Origin: Bacillota bacterium
GTDB taxonomy: Bacteria > Bacillota > UBA5301
Length of the DNA stretch: 64,000 nucleotides
Direction of reading: 5' to 3'
NCBI GenBank assembly: GCA_012735535.1
Contig: JAAYHC010000012.1
Span: 12,059 to 76,058, forward strand
In this document: positions 58,475 through 64,000 of the stretch, piece after piece
How positions within the stretch are numbered: position 1 is the stretch's first letter
Layout: each line of letters opens with the position of its first letter
Position numbers and translations under genes: made by a program
The notes under the pieces: generated by a model
Told to the model about the DNA's origin: nothing
What the model saw: the letters and a program-made list of their open reading frames with translations, nothing else
Databases searched by the model: none

Positions 58475-58541
58475 ATCAGAATTATAGTCTCCCCTTTGCG
58501 GAGGTGTCAAGGTTAAACCAAAATTTTCCGGGGGTTGTAAA

Positions 58542-59099
58542 ATGAAATTGCGGATTGGAGTAATTGGTCAATCGGGGAACGGTCCGCTGCCGATGGCACC
58601 GGGCTTGCTGGAAAAAGCGGAAGCTGTCGGCAGGGAGATCGCCGCCAGGGGCGCGGCTTTGTTGTGTGGAGGTCGCTGCGGGGTGATGGAGGCCGCCTGC
58701 AAAGGAGCAAAGTCCGCAGGTGGGATTACTGTTGGGGTTTTGCCCGGCGAAGATACCGAGGATTGCAACCCTTATGTGGATATTGCGATTACAACCGGGG
58801 TTGGACTCGATACCCGTAGCGCTATTTTAGTCAAGTCGTGTGATGCTTTGATTATGTTGGGCGGAGGCAACGGCACGCTGACCGAGCTCTCTCTGGCGTA
58901 TACCAATGGACGTCCGGTAGTCATTTTGCGCGGGACCGGCGGGTGGTCCGACCGGATTCAAGCGGTTTGCTATGACGGACATTACCTAGATGAACGGCGT
59001 ATTGTGCCCCATTTTTATGCGGATACTCCGGCCGAAGCGGTAGAGAAAGCATTGATGCTGGCCCGCGCCCGCTGTGCTAAGAGTGAGGTGGCGGGGTAA
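58542..59099 (+). CDS. TIGR00725-family (SLOG/LOG-like Rossmann) protein
   Basis: GVIGQSG near the N-terminus, then GGxxGVMEAAxxGA and LGGGNGTLTE motifs. Confidence 0.6.
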   Translation: MKLRIGVIGQSGNGPLPMAPGLLEKAEAVGREIAARGAALLCGGRCGVMEAACKGAKSAGGITVGVLPGEDTEDCNPYVDIAITTGVGLDTRSAILVKSCDALIMLGGGNGTLTELSLAYTNGRPVVILRGTGGWSDRIQAVCYDGHYLDERRIVPHFYADTPAEAVEKALMLARARCAKSEVAG

Positions 59100-59139
59100 T
59101 CGACGAATTAGTTATCCCCAGAAAGGATGTGCAAAATAA

Positions 59140-59775
59140 ATGAGTTTGGATTGGAAAGCGATGATTGAAGGACGGCGCAGCATCCGTCGTTTTAAACCCG
59201 ATCCCATTCCGGAGGAGGATATTAGAGAGCTGGCTCGCTTAGCGACGTTGGCTCCCAGCGGCTCAAATAAACAGATGTGGCGGTTTGTGGCGGTTACCAA
59301 CAAAGAGGTCTTGGCCCAGATGGCCGCAGCGGTCAGTGCGGCGGTTGAGCGGATGGCGGCCTGGCCGGAAGCCGTAGGGCGCGAGCGGCGCATATTAGGT
59401 ATCAAGAACTATTCGCTATTTTTCACCGAGGCCCCGGTCACCTTTGCCGTCTTTATGGAGCCGTACCAATCGGCAGCCGACACGATCATGCGCGACCATG
59501 GCTTGAGCCGCGAGGAGATCAACCATCTGCGCGGCGCCCCCGACTTTCAGAGCATCGGGGCGGCCATCCAAAATCTTTTGCTGGCAGCGCATGCGATGGG
59601 ATATGGCGGCTGTTGGATGTGCGGACCGGTGGTGGCGGCGGATGAGATCAACCGCATTTTAGGCGTGGAGCCGCCGTTTAGCTTGGTCGCCCTGGTACCA
59701 ATCGGCATACCGGACGAAAATCCGCCTGCCCGGCCGCGTAAGCCGCTGGATGAGGTCTTTCGCCTGGTTGATTAA
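59140..59775 (+). CDS. Nitroreductase-family protein
   Basis: RRSIRRF...APSGSNKQMWRF. FMN-binding nitroreductase fold. Confidence 0.75.
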   Translation: MSLDWKAMIEGRRSIRRFKPDPIPEEDIRELARLATLAPSGSNKQMWRFVAVTNKEVLAQMAAAVSAAVERMAAWPEAVGRERRILGIKNYSLFFTEAPVTFAVFMEPYQSAADTIMRDHGLSREEINHLRGAPDFQSIGAAIQNLLLAAHAMGYGGCWMCGPVVAADEINRILGVEPPFSLVALVPIGIPDENPPARPRKPLDEVFRLVD

Positions 59776-59798
59776 AATAAGCCAAAGACGGCGGGAAG

Positions 59799-60575
59799 GT
59801 GGAATGGGCTATGGGGAGAGACTACTATAACAGTCTTAGTTTGGCTACGTTAACTTATGAACAGCTGCAAGCGGTCTTGGGCCAAATTGCCCAGGAGCAT
59901 CATCTGCTAGGGGCTAATATACAGGCGGTCTCAGCCCGGACGCTGACGGCCGAAGAATCCATCGGCAACCCGCTCAGGCAGGATTATCCCCTCGTTAGAG
60001 GACGGGAAACCATGTTGGAAGCCGAGATCTGCGGGGCCAAAGGCCAGGCTTTTACGGATTTGCCGGGTTCATTTGCGGGCACGCTGCAAGATATTGTCGC
60101 GGCCCCAATTGCGACCAACTTTGACCGCGCGTTGTTGATCGCCGTGCTCAATGCCACCTTACGCCATCTCGGCTGGATCGATCGGACGATCCACTGCAAA
60201 GATGAGGAGCCGGAGACTTGTGCCAAGCAATTGGTAGCGTATGTGCGGGAGCTGGAACCTGAACCCAGAATTGCGTTTATCGGGTTGCAACCGGCGATGG
60301 TCGTGCAGCTCGCTCAGTACTATCCCCTCAGAGTAACCGACTTAGATCCGGAGAATGTCGGGCGGAAAAAATATGGGGTCGAGATTGAACCGGTGGAAAA
60401 AACTGCGGAGATCATCGCCTGGAGCAATCTCATCTTGGCGACCGGAACCACTTTCGTCAACAATACCTTTTCCGCTTTGCTCGCCGCTGATAAGCCGGTG
60501 GTTTTTTACGGAGTAACCGTCGCGGGTATCGCCTATTTAACCGGAAGCCGTCGGTTTTGCCACTGTGGTGGGTAA
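59799..60575 (+). CDS. DUF364/DUF4213-like Rossmann domain protein (putative chelatase-like)
   Basis: Two-domain architecture ending in a Rossmann-like stretch (RIAFIGLQPAMV...ATGTTFVN). Confidence 0.5.
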   Translation: MEWAMGRDYYNSLSLATLTYEQLQAVLGQIAQEHHLLGANIQAVSARTLTAEESIGNPLRQDYPLVRGRETMLEAEICGAKGQAFTDLPGSFAGTLQDIVAAPIATNFDRALLIAVLNATLRHLGWIDRTIHCKDEEPETCAKQLVAYVRELEPEPRIAFIGLQPAMVVQLAQYYPLRVTDLDPENVGRKKYGVEIEPVEKTAEIIAWSNLILATGTTFVNNTFSALLAADKPVVFYGVTVAGIAYLTGSRRFCHCGG

Positions 60576-60585
60576 CGAGTACGGT

Positions 60586-60810
60586 TTAAATAATTACCTC
60601 AATACAGCGGGCGGTCTCCCGGTCTAAGGCCAGCTCCGTCTGTCCGATCTGAACCAAATAGGCCGGATATGTCTGGATGAGGGTCAGCGGCAGTCCGGGC
60701 AGAACTCCCAGAGCGGCCAGCTTGTTGATCAACGTCCCGTTGGTGCTGCGGATTCCGGCGATCCGCGCCGTGGTGCCCGGAGCTAGTCGAGTCAAGGGGA
60801 ATTGGTCCAT
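60586..60810 (-). CDS. feoA: FeoA family protein
   Basis: 74 aa SH3-like. LAPGTTARIAGI...LAALGVLPGLPLTL. Confidence 0.75.
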   Translation of the reverse strand: MDQFPLTRLAPGTTARIAGIRSTNGTLINKLAALGVLPGLPLTLIQTYPAYLVQIGQTELALDRETARCIEVII

Positions 60811-60823
60811 CTCGTCACCTCCA

Positions 60824-62770
60824 TCATAACCCGGCCAAACTAAGCAGTATGTTCACGGCAAATCCAATCGCCCAAGCGGTGAGAATGATGATTCCGGCGA
60901 TCAGGAGTGAAGCTACCGGCCCTCGCTCTTTCCACATCACCGCAAACTGCGCTATACACGGCAAGAACAGGGTGAGCGTAGTTGCCGCCGTGACCAGGTT
61001 GCGCACGGAGAGCGCGCCGGAGGCGGCTAAATCGTACAGACCGGCAGCCCCATAATCCCGCCGGAAAAAACCGAATAAAAAGACCACCGCCGCTTCCGGA
61101 GGCAAGCCAAGCGCTTTGACCGCCGGTTCGAGCAGGCGCAACAGAGCTTGGAACAAACCAAAGAAGCGGCCGGCCCAAATGAAGACGGAAACCCCGATGA
61201 AAATGGGTAGGACCTCGAGGAAGTACCATTGCATCCGGGAGAAAGTCTTAACCAGGATGTTGCTCAGCCGGGGTAGCCTGAGTGGTGGTATCTCCAAGAA
61301 AAAAAGGGGTGGCGAGCCGGGCAAAAGCCTATCCAGCAAGTGACCGGCCAGCAGCAAGACCAATAAAACTACTGATCCCCAAAGCAAAACAGCTCCCGGA
61401 TAAGGGCTGAGCAAGGAGAGGATTACGCCGAGCTGAGCCGAGCACGGTACCGCCAAGGCCAGTAAGAAGGTGGCGATAAAGCGTTCTCGTCTTGTTTCCA
61501 GGATCCTGGTGGTCAGTGTGGCCATCGTATCGCAACCCAGGCCTAAGGTTAAGGGAATGATCGCCCGCCCATTGAGACCAAGGCTTTTACAGAGACGGTC
61601 CGTAAGCATCGCCAGCCGGGGCAAGTAGCCGGAGTCTTCGAGCAGTGAAAAGAAAAAAGAAAAACAGCCGACGATCGGTAGGATTATTGCCACCGCATAC
61701 CGTACGCCTAAAGAGATAATGCCGTACTCGCCCACAAATAAACTTTGCCACAACGGTGAAGGAATTATTGTTGCGACTAAGTTCGCACCGGCAGGGATTA
61801 AAATGTTTTTGAAGAGAATATCTAGTTGGTCGACCAGCACACCGGCGCCAAACCGACCGACAAAGCGGTAAAGGCCGAAGTAGAGTACGGCCAACAGGAT
61901 GGGCAATCCCGTTAGCGGGTTGGTGGTGAATCTGCTCAGCCGGTTTTGCCAATGTCTCGTTCGGGAGGCAAGACGCAGACAGATGCCTTTGAGAATTTGT
62001 TCGGCCTGAGCATGGACTTCAATTGCCAACTGATATCCGACTCCGCAGGGATAGCGAGCATTAGCCGCGGTGATCACGGCTTTGATTTTGCGCCAGCGGA
62101 GAATGCTTTCTTGCTGCCGGACAAGTTCAAGTATCTCTTCGTCGCCGGCGAGGACGAGGGTGGATAGGCAGTCCGGCGGAAGCGGGTAGACGGCCTTTAA
62201 GTTGGTAGCGATAGCGGATAAATCTGCCTGGACCTCGGGGGAAAACCGAAGCTCATAAGTCTTCTGATAGCTTATCTGTCCGAGCAGCACTTGGAACAAG
62301 ATTTCTTTTAGTCGATCCAAACCTTCCCCACGGGTGGCAATTGTGCCGACTACCGGGATCCCCAGGCGATGGCTCAGGACGTCAAGGTTTAGACTCAGCC
62401 CTTCCCTGGCTGCTTCGTCCAGCATATTTACGGCCAGCACGACCCGGAAACGGGCTTGGAGCAACTGCAAAGTCAGCGGCAGCATCCGTGATAGGTTGCG
62501 GGCATCGGCAACTTGCAGGATTACACCATCAGGAGCTGTCATCAGGTAGCGCCGGGCAACTCGTTCCTCTTCGGTAATGGCGTGGAGAGAGTACAGCCCG
62601 GGGGTATCGACCACTTCAACCAGACCACAGGGGAGTCTGGCCTGTCCCGCGGCGATCTCTACGGTGGTTCCCGGATAGTTGGAGACAGTAGCATAAAGGC
62701 CGGTCAGCCGATTAAAGAGGATGCTTTTGCCGACATTGGGGTTTCCGAGGATTAAGATCCGGTTTTTCAT
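60824..62770 (-). CDS. feoB: Ferrous iron transporter FeoB
   Basis: N-terminal G-domain: G1 GNPNVGKS, G2 PGTT, G3 DTPG. Large polytopic C-terminal permease. Confidence 0.85.
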   Translation of the reverse strand: MKNRILILGNPNVGKSILFNRLTGLYATVSNYPGTTVEIAAGQARLPCGLVEVVDTPGLYSLHAITEEERVARRYLMTAPDGVILQVADARNLSRMLPLTLQLLQARFRVVLAVNMLDEAAREGLSLNLDVLSHRLGIPVVGTIATRGEGLDRLKEILFQVLLGQISYQKTYELRFSPEVQADLSAIATNLKAVYPLPPDCLSTLVLAGDEEILELVRQQESILRWRKIKAVITAANARYPCGVGYQLAIEVHAQAEQILKGICLRLASRTRHWQNRLSRFTTNPLTGLPILLAVLYFGLYRFVGRFGAGVLVDQLDILFKNILIPAGANLVATIIPSPLWQSLFVGEYGIISLGVRYAVAIILPIVGCFSFFFSLLEDSGYLPRLAMLTDRLCKSLGLNGRAIIPLTLGLGCDTMATLTTRILETRRERFIATFLLALAVPCSAQLGVILSLLSPYPGAVLLWGSVVLLVLLLAGHLLDRLLPGSPPLFFLEIPPLRLPRLSNILVKTFSRMQWYFLEVLPIFIGVSVFIWAGRFFGLFQALLRLLEPAVKALGLPPEAAVVFLFGFFRRDYGAAGLYDLAASGALSVRNLVTAATTLTLFLPCIAQFAVMWKERGPVASLLIAGIIILTAWAIGFAVNILLSLAGL

Positions 62771-62868
62771 GCGTACACCCACCTGTCCAAAGAGATACTA
62801 AATTGTACGGGATAAAATGGGGAAAGATGATAATGTTGTTAACTTATGGTCATACAGGAGGAGTTAGT

Positions 62869-64000
62869 GTGGTTCGGTTTCAACGGCGGAACGGAATTAT
62901 CTTGGTTGGGGTAGTATTGCTGGCGGTGTTACTGGGGGCCGGGTTTCTCCCGGCGGCGGCGCAGATAACCTTCGATATTCCCGCTGAATCAGGGATTTTA
63001 GTTGATGCGGACACCGGCCAAATCTTGTGGCAAAAAGATGCGCACAAGCAACTTCACCCAGCCAGTCTTACGAAAATAATGACCATGTTGTTGGTTATGG
63101 AGGCGGTGGATTCCGGACGGGCCAGCCTCGATGACGTTCTGACCGTTTCTGAGTATGCCAAATCGATGGGCGGTTCCCAAGTCTATCTCCAAACCGGCGA
63201 GAAGATCACGCTCGAAAACATCATGAAATCGATTGCGATCGCTTCCGGTAATGACGCTTCGGTGGCGGCGGCCGAATATATCGCCGGTACCGAGGCCGCT
63301 TTTACCCAGCTGATGAATAAGCGGGCCCAGGAGTTGGGTATGCGCAATACCATCTTTTATAATTCCAGCGGCTTGCCGGAGGCTAATGGGGGCAATTTGA
63401 CCACGGCCTATGACGTTGCGATCATGTCCCGTGAGCTGCTGAAGCATCCCAAGGTCTTAGAATGGACCTCCACCAGGATTGATTCAATCCGCGACGGCAA
63501 GTTCACTCTGTACAATACGAACAACTTGCTCTCCGTGTACGAGGGGCTTGATGGCATCAAAACCGGTCATACCGAGGAAGCCGGATATTGTCTGGCCGCC
63601 TCCGCCAAGCGCGGGGATATTCGACTGATTTCCGTAGTGATGCGGACCAATTCGCCGGAGGAACGAGCAAGTCAGACCACCCGTCTGCTGGATTTCGGGT
63701 TTAATGCGTTTAGCCCCAAGTTGGTGGTGGAGGAGAATGAAGAGGTTGCCGTTATTCAACTGTTTAATGCGCGCAAAGTAAACAATCCGGTAGTTGCAGC
63801 CAAACCGCTCCGCGTCTTGGTGCCAAAAGCCGATCCTAACGCGGTCGAAAAGGTGTTTGTGCCGGAGAAAAACCTGACCGCACCGTTGGCGGCGGGGACC
63901 AAAGTCGGGACGCTCCAGGTCAACGTGGCCGGTAACCCGGCGGGCGAGGTTCCGGTAGTGACCGCAGAGGATATTCCGCTGGCCAACATTTTTGTCCGGC
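62869..64000 (+). CDS. dacB: D-alanyl-D-alanine carboxypeptidase (PBP5/DacB-DacF family), 3'-partial
   Basis: GTG start after AGGAGG. Signal peptide. Motifs SLTKIMT (SxxK), SGNDA (SxN) and KTG. The ORF runs off the window end. Confidence 0.8.
   Translation, partial: MVRFQRRNGIILVGVVLLAVLLGAGFLPAAAQITFDIPAESGILVDADTGQILWQKDAHKQLHPASLTKIMTMLLVMEAVDSGRASLDDVLTVSEYAKSMGGSQVYLQTGEKITLENIMKSIAIASGNDASVAAAEYIAGTEAAFTQLMNKRAQELGMRNTIFYNSSGLPEANGGNLTTAYDVAIMSRELLKHPKVLEWTSTRIDSIRDGKFTLYNTNNLLSVYEGLDGIKTGHTEEAGYCLAASAKRGDIRLISVVMRTNSPEERASQTTRLLDFGFNAFSPKLVVEENEEVAVIQLFNARKVNNPVVAAKPLRVLVPKADPNAVEKVFVPEKNLTAPLAAGTKVGTLQVNVAGNPAGEVPVVTAEDIPLANIFVR

Noticed and set aside
62998-63989. Minus-strand ORFs of 149, 91 and 77 aa at the 3' end of the window
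   Set aside because: They lie antisense to a clear plus-strand D-Ala-D-Ala carboxypeptidase ORF (SxxK, SxN, KTG motifs). That ORF is missing from the track only because it has no stop codon inside the window.
1-64000. CRISPR arrays, tRNA/rRNA genes, IS elements, integrases, prophage genes
   Set aside because: None found. There are no regularly spaced direct repeats, no tRNA-like cloverleaf regions, and no transposase or integrase motifs in any frame.

Overview
This 64-kb window looks like the chromosome of a spore-forming, strictly anaerobic Firmicute (Clostridia or Peptococcaceae-like, about 55% GC). I found no rRNA, tRNA, CRISPR array, transposase or integrase.

Annotation highlights, in order along the window:
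- Sporulation genes: spoIIP, a cwlD-like amidase and a ytrH/ytrI pair.
- A TetR-controlled TolC-MFP-RND efflux operon with a clear promoter and palindromic operator.
- Two c-di-GMP proteins: a GAF-GGDEF cyclase and a tandem HD-GYP phosphodiesterase.
- A monocistronic CooS-type Ni-CODH homologue whose Cys-Cys C-cluster motif is replaced.
- A complete four-gene sulfhydrogenase-like (group 3b) [NiFe]-hydrogenase operon, hydBGDA, divergent from a zwf-cyclase-mgtC operon.
- A CPA2 antiporter, CbiX and a B12-radical-SAM (DUF4080) protein.
- A 7TM histidine kinase with a LytTR regulator, followed by an FGGY kinase, a hypothetical protein, ManC and a TPR/CsgG-like block.
- A LexA-box-controlled imuB / small ORF / dnaE2 mutagenesis cassette.
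- feoB-feoA in the reverse of the usual order, and a partial D-Ala-D-Ala carboxypeptidase at the 3' end.

Candidate novelties are listed in the findings:
- The non-canonical CooS.
- The zwf-hydrogenase divergon.
- The 84-aa ORF inside the mutagenesis cassette.
- A LarA-family protein that lacks the NPN-tethering Lys and the catalytic His.
- Two blocks of uncharacterised proteins, at 37035-38330 and 49665-53822.

Every call rests on motif recognition in the supplied translations. No database search was possible.
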